A DNA stretch of 63,650 bases, counting the filler. It is 9 parts of 9 records of this genome, joined end to end, with 100 filler letters (N's around TTAATTAATTAA, not from the genome) between each part and the next. Parts side by side here need not be neighbours in the genome. Positions count along the whole stretch, not along the records: positions 28,653 to 34,303 come from SRR31147125_43826; positions 34,404 to 40,019 come from SRR31147125_43887; 7 more parts are not named here. One strand, written 5' to 3'. A program made the translations under genes and the position numbers. Shown piece by piece: positions 30,228 through 40,119 of this stretch (position 1 is the first letter of the stretch; every line of letters starts with the position of its first letter). Under the pieces are notes generated by a model. It saw nothing but the letters and a program-made list of their open reading frames with translations. It ran no database searches and was not told the DNA's origin.

Positions 30228-30986
30228 TTATTCTCCTAAATAAGCTTTAATCACAGCTTTGTTTGCTCTAATTTCATGTGGTTTACCAGTTGCAATAGTT
30301 TTACCATAATCCACAACTAAAATACGTTCACAAATTCCCATAACAAGTTTCATATCATGTTCAATTAATAAAATTGATACTTTAAAATGATCCTTGATAA
30401 ATTTAATGGTATGCATTAATTCATGAGTTTCTTGATCATTCATACCAGCTGCTGGCTCATCTAACAACAGCACTTTAGGATCAGTTGCAAGAGCTCTTAG
30501 TATTTCTAGTTTTCTTTGCTTTCCATATGGTAAATTTTTAGAAAGTGTTAATGCTTCTTCTTCCATATCAAAAACTTTAAGTAATGCGAGTGCTTTTTCT
30601 TGTGCTTTTTGTTCTTCTTTTTCGAATTTTTTTGTTTTAAAAATCGCATCAAAGAAATGATATGATAATGCATGATGATATGCAGTTTTAATATTATCAA
30701 TGACTGTCATATGTTTAAATAATCGAATGTTTTGAAAGGTTCGTGCGCTTCCAAGCATTACAATTTCATTAGGTTTTTTGGAAATAACAGACTGTCCATC
30801 AAGTAATATATCACCTTCAGTAGGTTTATATACACCCGTCAGTAAATTAAAAATAGTCGTTTTTCCTGCCCCATTTGGACCAATTAAGCCTACAAGTTCA
30901 TGTTGATCAATACTTAAATTAAAATCATCAACAGCAACTAAGCCACCAAATTGAATTTTTAATTGATTGACTTCTAAAATACTCAT
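30228..30986 (-). CDS. livG: branched-chain amino acid ABC ATPase
   Basis: FGGLVAV, GPNGAGKTT, ARTFQNIRLF, LPYG, LLDEPAAG, IEHDM. Confidence 0.95.
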   Translation of the reverse strand: MSILEVNQLKIQFGGLVAVDDFNLSIDQHELVGLIGPNGAGKTTIFNLLTGVYKPTEGDILLDGQSVISKKPNEIVMLGSARTFQNIRLFKHMTVIDNIKTAYHHALSYHFFDAIFKTKKFEKEEQKAQEKALALLKVFDMEEEALTLSKNLPYGKQRKLEILRALATDPKVLLLDEPAAGMNDQETHELMHTIKFIKDHFKVSILLIEHDMKLVMGICERILVVDYGKTIATGKPHEIRANKAVIKAYLGE

Positions 30987-30987
30987 A

Positions 30988-32055
30988 TCAATCACCTTGC
31001 TCTTTCAGTTTAGGTTTATAGTAAGCTTTTTCTAGTTTGTCAGAAAATGTCCTCAAACTAAACTCCTTTGTCCCCATAAGACCTTGAGGTCTAAATAACA
31101 TCATAAGAATGAGGGTTGTACTATAAATAAGCATACGCCATGAATCAAACTCTAGAAGTAATTGTGGTAACCAAGTGAGTACAATAGCTGCGATAATAGA
31201 TCCTGTCACACTACCAATACCTCCGAGTACAACAATCACAAAAATGTTAACAGATTGTAAAAATGTAATACTACTTGGTGAGATGAATCCTTTTGTAAAA
31301 ACATAGAGAGCACCACCAACTCCTGCAAAACCTGCTGCTAATACAAAACCTAGAATTTTATAACGATAAAGATGAATACCTACAGATTCACTTGCAATTT
31401 CATCTTCTCGAATAGATAACATGGCACGACCATATTTTGAGTTCATCATTAAAACAATGATTAATACAATTGCTACAGTAGTAAAATATGCCATATTAAA
31501 ACTTGCGATTCTAGGAATCCCTCTAAGTCCACCCGCACCACCTGTGATATCAATAAGGTTCGTTGCGGTTACTCTGACAATTTCACCAAATCCTAAAGTT
31601 AAAATACCTAAATAATCACCTTTTAATCTCAGTGCTGGTGTTCCAATTAAAAATGCAATGACACCAGTAACTACTACAAAAGCAACCATAATAGATATTA
31701 AGTATAAAAGTAATTCAGATTGTAAATACGTTTGCATATACATCATAAATAAAGCACCCGTATATGCACCAATACCCATAAATCCTGCATGACCTAAAAT
31801 AAGTTGGCCTAAAAAACCAGTCGCAATATTTAAACTTGTGGCTAATATAACAAATACCATCACAGTCATTAACACACCTGAATAATAATTATTAATGACA
31901 CCCACTAAAATGAGTATTTGAGCAATTGTCCATATACCCATAATCAAAATTAATGCAGGTATTGATCTTAATAATAATTTATATAATCGATGAAGTCGGC
32001 TACGATCAATTTTTTCAAAATATTTATTTATTGCTTCTTTTAATTTTTTGATCAT
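30988..32055 (-). CDS. livM: branched-chain amino acid ABC permease
   Basis: LGHAGFMGIGAY, LRLKGDYLGILTLGFGEI, SIREDEIA. Confidence 0.93.
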   Translation of the reverse strand: MIKKLKEAINKYFEKIDRSRLHRLYKLLLRSIPALILIMGIWTIAQILILVGVINNYYSGVLMTVMVFVILATSLNIATGFLGQLILGHAGFMGIGAYTGALFMMYMQTYLQSELLLYLISIMVAFVVVTGVIAFLIGTPALRLKGDYLGILTLGFGEIVRVTATNLIDITGGAGGLRGIPRIASFNMAYFTTVAIVLIIVLMMNSKYGRAMLSIREDEIASESVGIHLYRYKILGFVLAAGFAGVGGALYVFTKGFISPSSITFLQSVNIFVIVVLGGIGSVTGSIIAAIVLTWLPQLLLEFDSWRMLIYSTTLILMMLFRPQGLMGTKEFSLRTFSDKLEKAYYKPKLKEQGD

Positions 32056-32056
32056 T

Positions 32057-32941
32057 TTACACCTTCTCCTTTATATTTTTACCAAGTATTCCTGTAGGTT
32101 TTACAAGCAATACAAGAATCAATATAACAAAGACTAGAGCATCTGCCCACTCTGTTGAAATGTATGCTTTAGTCAGTGTTTCTGCAACACCAATTAAATA
32201 GCCACCTAGGACCGCACCACCAATATTACCAATACCACCAAGCACAGCAGCAACAAATGCTTTTAAACCGGGCATTAAACCCATATAGGCTGATACTCTC
32301 GTGTATGCGACAGAATAAAAAACCCCTGCAAGTGCACCAAGTGCACTACCTAATGCAAATGTTAATGAAATAACACGGTTCACATTAATACCCATAAGTC
32401 TTGCTGCATCTTGATCTTGTGACACTGCACGCATTGCTTTTCCTGGTTTCGTTTTATGGACAAATAATGTAAGTAAAATCATCATCACTATAGAAATAAC
32501 AATTGTATAAATAGTAAGTTGAGATACCCTGAATCCAAAAATGTTTACAGGTTCAACAGAAATAAATTGAACTTGAACCTTAGGTGTTGCTCCAAATATT
32601 TTTTGTGCTAAATTTTCGAGAAATAAACTGACACCAATTGCTGTAATTAACGCTGAGATACGCGGTGCTTTTCTCAATTTACGATATGCTAAAAATTCGA
32701 TGAGTATACCAAATACTGCTCCAAGTAGCATGACAAGTCCTATGATAACAATAACCGGTAAGTTTAGTGGGAAACTGACTAAAAATATATAGCTCATATA
32801 TGCACCGAGCATCATGATATCGCCGTGTGCAAAATTGATAAGTTTAATGATACCATAAACCATGGTATACCCAATGGCAATCAAAGCAAAAATAGACCCG
32901 AGATTGATGCCATTGATTAATTGTTGAATAAAATAATCCAT
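32057..32941 (-). CDS. livH: branched-chain amino acid ABC permease
   Basis: QQLINGINLGSIFALIAIGYTMVYG..LINFAHG, GKAMRAVSQD. Confidence 0.94.
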   Translation of the reverse strand: MDYFIQQLINGINLGSIFALIAIGYTMVYGIIKLINFAHGDIMMLGAYMSYIFLVSFPLNLPVIVIIGLVMLLGAVFGILIEFLAYRKLRKAPRISALITAIGVSLFLENLAQKIFGATPKVQVQFISVEPVNIFGFRVSQLTIYTIVISIVMMILLTLFVHKTKPGKAMRAVSQDQDAARLMGINVNRVISLTFALGSALGALAGVFYSVAYTRVSAYMGLMPGLKAFVAAVLGGIGNIGGAVLGGYLIGVAETLTKAYISTEWADALVFVILILVLLVKPTGILGKNIKEKV

Positions 32942-33011
32942 ATGTATATCCCTTCTAAAGACGAATAGAGGCGTATGTGAAACATACACCCCTTGAGTTT
33001 AATTTAAATAC

Positions 33012-34133
33012 TTATGATGCAGAGATTTTTTTAACAAGGACTTGTTCACCATCTTCAACTGTAATAATTGAAATTGATTTATTTAGTGCGTTTCCAGTTT
33101 CATCAAATGCGATTGAACCTGTAACACCATCTTCATAAGTAATTGCTGCTAAAGCTGCGACAACTTCCTCATAATCAACTGACCCAGCGTCTTCCATAGC
33201 TGCTGCCATCACTTTTACTGCATCATATGCAAGTGCTGCAAGTGCTGTTGGTGCTTCCCCAAATTCTTCAGTATAACTTGTCACAAAGTTTTGAACAACT
33301 TCAGACTCGTCTGATTTTGAATAATGATTCCCAAAATACATACCTTCAGCTACATCACCATAATCAGCTTCGATGCTATCCCAGCCGTCTCCACCTAAAA
33401 ATGGAATATCTAAACCTTTAGTACTTGCTTGTGTTAAGATAGGACCTACTTTATCTGTATAAGAAGGAACAAATACAGCATCATATCCTATTTCAGCAAT
33501 ATCATCTATATACGTACTAAAATCGACTGTATCAGATGAGAAACTCTTTGTGTCTGCTGTTTTCCCTGCTGCTTCATAAGCTGCAACGAAAGCGTCTTTT
33601 AATCCTACAGAATAATCATCACCAGAATTATAGAGAACCATTGCTTTTTCTGAATTTAAATCTTCCATTGCAAAAGAAGCCATGACTGCGCCTTGATAGC
33701 TATCTAAATAACATGCTCTAAAAACATTTGCAGCATTTTCAGTCACATCAACTGCTGTAGCTGTTGGTGTTAACATAGGGACACCATCATCGATTGCAAA
33801 TGATTTAATCGCATTCGTTAATCCTGAGAATGTACCACCAATCACAGCATCAACTTGGTCTTGTGACACTGCTTTATTATAATTATTTACAGCTTGATCA
33901 GGATCGCCTTGATTATCATCATTAATAACTTCAAGTTCTTTTCCTAAAACTCCACCAGCCTCATTAATTTCGTTGGCTGCAAGCTCAGCACCATTAGCTA
34001 CTGACTCACCATATACAGAATAATCCCCGGACATCGGTCCTAAAACTGCAAATTTCACTGTATCTCCAGAATCACATGATGCAAGTCCTAGAGTAAGTGC
34101 AAATGCTGTTAGTATAAATAATATTTTCTTCAT
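33012..34133 (-). CDS. livK: branched-chain amino acid ABC substrate-binding lipoprotein (LivK/LivJ-like)
   Basis: Lipobox LASC; ANEINEAGGVLGK, GGDGWD, ALAYDAV; first gene of the liv operon. Confidence 0.88.
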   Translation of the reverse strand: MKKILFILTAFALTLGLASCDSGDTVKFAVLGPMSGDYSVYGESVANGAELAANEINEAGGVLGKELEVINDDNQGDPDQAVNNYNKAVSQDQVDAVIGGTFSGLTNAIKSFAIDDGVPMLTPTATAVDVTENAANVFRACYLDSYQGAVMASFAMEDLNSEKAMVLYNSGDDYSVGLKDAFVAAYEAAGKTADTKSFSSDTVDFSTYIDDIAEIGYDAVFVPSYTDKVGPILTQASTKGLDIPFLGGDGWDSIEADYGDVAEGMYFGNHYSKSDESEVVQNFVTSYTEEFGEAPTALAALAYDAVKVMAAAMEDAGSVDYEEVVAALAAITYEDGVTGSIAFDETGNALNKSISIITVEDGEQVLVKKISAS

Positions 34134-34303
34134 TTTCTTATCCTCTCAATTTTTATAATATTGTTGCTATTCTATAATGAAAAAACATGAAAAGTTAATG
34201 AAAATTTATGAAAATACTATCATGAAAATGTTTTCATATGATATTTTTATGGTAAAAATAACAAAAAAGCACAATATCCTAAATATCGTGCTTTTGATTT
34301 TTT

Positions 34304-34403
34304 NNNNNNNNNNNNNNNNNNNNNNNNNNNNNNNNNNNNNNNNNNNNTTAATTAATTAANNNNNNNNNNNNNNNNNNNNNNNNNNNNNNNNNNNNNNNNN
34401 NNN
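34304..34403. other. artificial contig linker
   Basis: N44-TTAATTAATTAA-N44. Confidence 0.99.
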
Positions 34404-34477
34404 TTTTTTCGTGATATTGATTTCTGTCATGGAGTTATCCTCCCTTCATATAAGATGGTCAGGCTTTCGTTTTATAC

Positions 34478-35662
34478 TTATTGATTCAATGCTTCCTTGA
34501 TCTTCACCGCAGCAAACTCACTCGATCTTGCCAATGATGATGTTGCTACTCGTGCGTACACCTGCGTGGACTTCAGCGATTTGTGACCCAAGAGTTCTTT
34601 AATGGTGACGACATCCACTCCGGACGCTAGAAGGTGGGCGGCGTGAGACCGGCGTAAGTCATGCAGTCGGAGTCCTTTGACTCCTGCTTGTTTGCATATA
34701 GCCGCAAAAGTCTTTCTGACTTCTTGCAAATGGGGTACGGCTGAAGTGTTTGTCCTTGCGGGGAATACGTATGGGGATGTTTTCTTCTTGTGCATTGCGG
34801 TCAGTAGATCAACAGCAACGGAATTCAGAGCCACATACCTTGATTCACCATTCTTGGGATCTCTTAGATATGCTTGCCTGTCAGCAAGCGATATGTCCGA
34901 CCAGGCAAGTCCCAGTAGTTCACCTCTGCGTAACCCAGTTGCAATTAAGAGTAAAATTGCTTGTGCCTGAAGGTTGTCTTCGATCATCCCACCGAGCACC
35001 CGAACAAACCGGACATACTCCCCTTCCTGCAGGAAACGGTCTCGGGATTTGTTCTCCTTGGCCTTCTTCACCCCCTTGCATGGGTTGACCTCCAGCAGAT
35101 CGAGTTCTACGCCGTAACGGAATACAGATGACAGGCAGGACAGGTATCGATTCCCGGTAGTGCCACTGGTTTCCTCGCACACCCGTTTATGGAACAGTAT
35201 GATCTGACGCTTTAGGATCTCGGATAGACGGTATGTGCCGAACTCTTTCAGCAGCCTCTTCTCCAACATGATCTGCATATTGTGGTGGGTCTTGTACTGC
35301 TTACGTGCGTATGGCAAAAACTCATCCTCGACAAAGGATTGAAAGGTGATGTTGCTTTCCGACTTCTCCCCTATTCTGGGATCGATGTCATTAGCGATCA
35401 TCTTCTTGTAGGCCCTGACCTTCTCTATGGCGTCTTCCAGGCTGAACAAGGGATACGGCCCTATGGTGATAAACAGCCTCCTGCCTCGGAACTTTTGCTT
35501 GAACCGCCAACTACGAGAGCCGTTCTTATAGACGGCCAAACAAAGGTTCTTCTCCTGAGCCACGCTATATTCGATGTTCGATGTCTTGGCATCATCGGGA
35601 GGACCGGGAAGACTTTCGATTACACGTATAGTCATTTTTCTGGTTTTGTTTTTGGTCATCAT
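34478..35662 (-). mobile_element. int: tyrosine integrase with an N-terminal arm-DNA-binding domain
   Basis: Catalytic R (TGLRRGE), K (PKNG), HxxR (HDLRR), H (LGH) and Y (TQVY); arm domain GSRSWRF...ITIGPYP.FSLEDA. Confidence 0.95.
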
Positions 35663-35680
35663 TTACTCCTTGAAAAGAAC

Positions 35681-35743
35681 GTCTGCTCAGAGATCTTTCG
35701 AACACGGACACACGTCTCCAGTGTTCAGATCAAACCGGCAGAC
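35681..35743. other. 63-nt bulged stem-loop immediately upstream of the integrase RBS
   Basis: Nested pairings GTCTGC/GCAGAC, GATCT/AGATC, GAACAC/GTGTTC and GGA/TCC. Confidence 0.7.
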
Positions 35744-35800
35744 TTGTTGATGGAATAGGTTGGTACAGGGTTGGTTTTCGGTGCTTTTTCGAGGGAGTTT

Positions 35801-36106
35801 TTACTGAGCGGATTCTTCGTAGAGGACAATCTCGGACGGGTACACTAATCTGCGAAAGATACGAACTTCACCGCAACACTCTATACGGGTCAGGACGTCC
35901 TCTTCCGGCGGCCCCAGGTCCATGATATAGGCTTTTTCATATTTATCTAAAATGAACATATTGAAATCATGATCAGCCAAGTCCTCTTCATCGGCATATT
36001 CCAGAATTTCAGAACGGCAAACGGATAGAAAACCATAGGCCTCTCGCCACAACTCTGGATCATCGCGGATGACATCAAGATCGGCCATACTGTTGATGTG
36101 GATCAT
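35801..36106 (-). CDS. small acidic hypothetical protein (101 aa)
   Basis: ATG 36106 after an AGGAGGT RBS; 25 Asp/Glu versus 9 Lys/Arg. Confidence 0.75.
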   Translation of the reverse strand: MIHINSMADLDVIRDDPELWREAYGFLSVCRSEILEYADEEDLADHDFNMFILDKYEKAYIMDLGPPEEDVLTRIECCGEVRIFRRLVYPSEIVLYEESAQ

Positions 36107-36120
36107 TGCATTACCTCCTT

Positions 36121-36462
36121 TCATAGATGTTTGCGTAAGACATTGACGATCTCCTCGGCATAGTTCGGAATATCAGGACAGACGATGGTGACTCCATCGC
36201 CACTGTTCCCCCAGAGGACAACGCCGATCAGGCAGTTGCCGTAACGGAGGGCACCTTCGAGGGCAATTGAGATGTCTCGATGGCAGACTTGATTGACGTC
36301 CTCCAGGGTGTCGTTTTCTTCCACAAAAACAACAAAGCCCCGATCGTTGTGATCAGGGCCTGGGGTTGGACATCGGTTGTTGAGGGCGGTCAGAGTTGGC
36401 AGTCTATAGGGCGGTGGAATCCTGGAAATCTGGAAATCTGACGGTTCTGTGAGTTTGAGCAT
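36121..36462 (-). CDS. hypothetical protein (113 aa)
   Basis: AAGGAG RBS; co-oriented with the acidic gene and the integrase. Confidence 0.75.
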   Translation of the reverse strand: MLKLTEPSDFQISRIPPPYRLPTLTALNNRCPTPGPDHNDRGFVVFVEENDTLEDVNQVCHRDISIALEGALRYGNCLIGVVLWGNSGDGVTIVCPDIPNYAEEIVNVLRKHL

Positions 36463-36786
36463 AGAGGTCTCCTTTCTGCGGAAACAGAAAACCCTACGAT
36501 ACGGATACCGCGGGGTTCATTACTTTTGATAATTTGTCAGCCAAAAATCTTGGTTACGATACCTTCTAACTAATAAGAACTTTACAGCGCATAAACATGT
36601 AATAATCTATGGAGACTTGTCTGCTTTAGTCTGATCAAAAGGAGTCTTAAATACCAAAGGGTGCTCAGAACGAACCCAATTCCCAAATGCTATTGCATGT
36701 AAACGGGGCATAGAGAAACATGCTCAGGCCCCCTTCTGGAACCCTATCACGCATTCAAGAAGCACTGCCTGCCATATCATAACTAT

Positions 36787-36858
36787 AAACAATGTTCCAC
36801 GGTACTTGACATTTCGCCAAACAACTCCTACAGTATAGAAAACAATGTTCCACGGTAC
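36787..36858 (+). promoter_or_regulatory. sigma70 promoter of the nuclease gene bracketed by two identical 19-bp repeats
   Basis: AAACAATGTTCCACGGTAC at 36787-36805 and 36840-36858; TTGACA(36806)-17 bp-TACAGT(36829) between them. Confidence 0.8.
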
Positions 36859-36875
36859 ACAAAAAGGAGTTGGGG

Positions 36876-38118
36876 ATGAAGTATTTATTGGAATGGAAGG
36901 GACTTGACCAGGGAGTTGAACATACTTGGCAGCGAGAAGTCATTATTGGCGGCCTCAAATTGCTGGCTAAACATGCTCCCGTTGAACACAGAAACCAAAA
37001 CTCTCCTTTCTATGAGGACATGGAAAAGCTTTTTCCCGGCAAAAAATGGAAAGCTTTCGATAAAAAAGATGGCAGTTTTAGACCTATCTTCAGAAGATCA
37101 AATACTTGGGGAAAGCTAGGGTTAACCTCAGAAAGGGATAAAAAATTTACCGTTACCTCGCTAGGTTCCCAACTGCTTGCAGAGCAGGTATCTCTTTCAG
37201 ATGTTTATTCCAGCGTATTTAGGACTCACGTAGAGGGCAAGGAAAAACCTTTTGTCATTCTAGCCTCTTTACTCTCTTCGTTTAAATCAACAAAAATTGA
37301 TATCGACTTCATCATTCACGTTCTTCACCAGTGGCGACCTGGAGACAACCTAGAAGAGGCGATAAAAGCGGCAGAGAACGAACAACTTGACAAAAGCAGT
37401 AATGAGTACAAAACCAGAAAAGACGCGTCAAATCAATGCTTAAACTTTTTCCTCAATGGAATGTTTACACATTTCAGGGAAAAGTGTTGAAATTACTAAT
37501 CGCCCTTTACTGTTGGACCTATGTGAAACCAGCATCCTCGAAGAGTCCTACTATGAAGAGCTAGCAACTGCACGCACTACAAATAAGATAGAAATAGCGC
37601 CAAGAAAAAGAACATCTGAGAAAAATGAAATAAAAAAATTTATATTTGATGCAGCACGAACAACTGACCCTGAACAAAGAATTCGTTTACTAGAGAGGGC
37701 AAAGCAGGGTCACGAAGACTTAGTGTCAAAAGTTGCGGCATATTTCGAATCTAAAGGATATGAATCCCTTGAGCATCCTACAGCTTATGACCTATACACC
37801 CAAATAGATGAAGAGACTGGATATCTTTTTGAAATAAAAACTATTACAGAAAAAAACTGGTACAAACAAATAAGAGAAGCAGTTTCACAACTCCATGAAT
37901 ATAACTTTAGACATCGCAATGACCTTTCTAGGATAAACCATCTGGTCATCGTTGTTGACCAAGACCCTACAACACTCATGGAAGAATGGGTCTACGATTA
38001 CCTAGAAAATGATAGAAACATACTCCTCATGTGGTTTTCCGGGGAAGAACCAATGAGCGTAGAAATATCTAAGAAACGGGTAGAAACGATTAAAGGTATA
38101 GAAAAGAAATTAACTTGA
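36876..38118 (+). CDS. putative restriction endonuclease with a C-terminal PD-(D/E)xK domain, split by a frameshift near 37415-37490
   Basis: Overlapping ORFs 36870-37490 and 37456-38118; the C-terminal ORF has YDL...FEIKT and AVSQLHEY (QxxxY); convergent with the 5mC MTase; AAGGAG RBS before ATG 36876. Confidence 0.7.
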
Positions 38119-38124
38119 AATACT

Positions 38125-38149
38125 GCCTGCGGAAGCAATATCCGCAGGC
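38125..38149. terminator. hairpin between the convergent nuclease and methyltransferase genes
   Basis: GCCTGCGGA-N7-TCCGCAGGC perfect 9-bp stem. Confidence 0.7.
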
Positions 38150-38168
38150 TATTTACAGTATCAGCAAT

Positions 38169-39320
38169 CTAAGGCTTGAGGTAGTCAAGGCCAAGAACTT
38201 CAATTAGCTCATCATAATTCTTTGTATCTTTAATGCCAAACACATGTTTTTTTACATGTTCAGCCAAAATAGCTGCAAATAATGGAGGCACGGCATTACC
38301 AACCTGCCTGATTACATGCCGTCCATTGCCATAAAACTCCCACCAGTCTGGAAAGGTTTGCATTCTGGCAGATTCTCTAGGAGTGACTTCTCTAGGCTCG
38401 AAAGGGTGAACATGCCCCTTCCCTCCACCTTTGTCAGAACCTACTATGATGGTAAAACTGGGTCGCGAAGGATCTAACTTGTTTATACGAGTTTTAGGGT
38501 CACGCTCACCGTAGGCTAAACTCTCATAACGCGATATTATTCTTTGGCTATGCTTCCGGCCTGAGTGGTTAGCTAGATTTCCTTCCAATGGCTTCGGGAG
38601 GTTTCGAAGAGCCTCACCAGCAGTTCTCAAAGGCTTGAGCCCTAAAAGAGTTTCACCGCCATGAGTCGGTTTCATTTTAGGAACCTCTACACTATTCCTG
38701 GCCCCGATAAAGAATATCCTGTCACGGAACTGAGGGATTCCATAATCCGAAACCATATAACTATGCGCTGACACCTTGTACTTTCCATCCAAAGACAAGG
38801 CCTCAAGGATCTCCTCATATAGCGATCCGCCATGTATAGATTTCAAGCCAGCAACATTCTCAAAGACGAAAGCCTTTGGTTCAACTTCTTTTATAATTCG
38901 AAGATACTCCCATACAAGATTCCCCCGTGGATCTTCAAGACCTTTCCTGCGACCAAAAACAGAAAAGGCTTGGCATGGCGGCCCACCAATCACTAGATCA
39001 ATTGAATCTTGCTCTAGCTCTGACTCACCAAGAAGATCCTTGGCACCAACTTCCTGGATATCTGCTGGAATTGAATGTGCATGCTGATAAAACGACGCCT
39101 TTCCAGAATTGATAGTAAGAGTTTTGCATGAATACTCATCTATATCACTAGCACATCCAATCTTAAAGCCTGCCGCGGAGAAACCCAGGTCAAGGCCACC
39201 CCCTCCAGAAAAGAGTGACAAGGCAGTAAGTTGATTCGTATTCATATCCAATTGAGTGGGGGCTGATCGCACAGCAAAACTTTCAGGAGGTGGATCCTTC
39301 AGAACAGTAGAATTATACAT
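38169..39320 (-). CDS. DNA (cytosine-5) methyltransferase
   Basis: Motif I FSGGGG, IV GGPPCQ, VI FENV, VIII QFRDR, IX RESARMQTFP, X QVGNAV. Confidence 0.96.
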   Translation of the reverse strand: MYNSTVLKDPPPESFAVRSAPTQLDMNTNQLTALSLFSGGGGLDLGFSAAGFKIGCASDIDEYSCKTLTINSGKASFYQHAHSIPADIQEVGAKDLLGESELEQDSIDLVIGGPPCQAFSVFGRRKGLEDPRGNLVWEYLRIIKEVEPKAFVFENVAGLKSIHGGSLYEEILEALSLDGKYKVSAHSYMVSDYGIPQFRDRIFFIGARNSVEVPKMKPTHGGETLLGLKPLRTAGEALRNLPKPLEGNLANHSGRKHSQRIISRYESLAYGERDPKTRINKLDPSRPSFTIIVGSDKGGGKGHVHPFEPREVTPRESARMQTFPDWWEFYGNGRHVIRQVGNAVPPLFAAILAEHVKKHVFGIKDTKNYDELIEVLGLDYLKP

Positions 39321-39459
39321 ATAGATATCCTTCCCTCACACTGCATACAAATATTTGTCTAAATCGTTGTAGTAAAAAATCTCTATCAAAAAAACATGGC
39401 CATGCGACAAAATATGTCAATGGCACTGCTTACTCAAAACTGCGTCAAAAAACGAAAGT

Positions 39460-39759
39460 TCATTGGCTAACTTCAAACAGCTCTAAGTTCTCTTGCTTAT
39501 CCCCACCAAACCTGCCTGACTTTCCAGCTCCTCGGGGCTTTTTAGGTGCAATGTCAATTTTTGATAGCACTTCGTGGAAATCAATTTGATGTTCAGCCAT
39601 TTCTCCTAACAGAGTGGCAATCACAGCCAAGTGAGAAGGCACTTCTCCCTTCTTGCCGTAGTTGCTGAGCGAAACACGGTTCATTTTCACTAACTCAGCA
39701 AAATGACTGATAGTTAGACCTGCTTTTCCTAAATGTCTCTGGAATTCTTCATAGGACAT
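39460..39759 (-). CDS. XRE-like HTH regulator upstream of the methyltransferase
   Basis: MSYEEFQRHLGKAGLTISHFAELVKMNRVSLSNY..KGEVPSHLAVIA, an HTH-like pattern. Confidence 0.75.
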   Translation of the reverse strand: MSYEEFQRHLGKAGLTISHFAELVKMNRVSLSNYGKKGEVPSHLAVIATLLGEMAEHQIDFHEVLSKIDIAPKKPRGAGKSGRFGGDKQENLELFEVSQ

Positions 39760-39976
39760 GTGACGAATCATAACGCAAAAGCCAACTTCATACAATAATT
39801 ACATTGATACATAAAATAATGACACCCTTTCACCCTTTCTCAAACCCTTGCTGCCCCCCACCGCCTAGTTGTCAACACCAGCCTGAGCCGCCTGACCAGC
39901 TTTCCAGTTTTTCAGGATCCCCAGCCCCCAACTCTTACGGCAAACCAACCTACAGCCAACCTCCCACTCCGAAAAC

Positions 39977-40019
39977 GAAAAAAGCCCCACAGCATATGCC
40001 ATGAGGCTTCCTTCTTTTT
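39977..40019. terminator. terminator-like hairpin at the contig end
   Basis: AAAAAAGCCCCA...TGAGGCTT followed by a T-rich tract. Confidence 0.45.
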
Positions 40020-40119
40020 NNNNNNNNNNNNNNNNNNNNNNNNNNNNNNNNNNNNNNNNNNNNTTAATTAATTAANNNNNNNNNNNNNNNNNNNNNNNNN
40101 NNNNNNNNNNNNNNNNNNN
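40020..40119. other. artificial contig linker
   Basis: N44-TTAATTAATTAA-N44. Confidence 0.99.

Noticed and set aside
28653..34303. Alternative genetic code in the AT-rich contig
   Set aside because: All genes read through intact with the standard code and use TGG for Trp; nothing here requires recoding.
36787..36858. 19-bp repeat pair with a 34-nt spacer read as a mini-CRISPR
   Set aside because: Only two short copies, and the spacer is a well-formed -35/-10 promoter; an operator role fits better.
39804..40004. Pro-rich 66-aa ORF upstream of the XRE gene
   Set aside because: TTG start, no clear RBS, low complexity, and it runs into a terminator-like hairpin.
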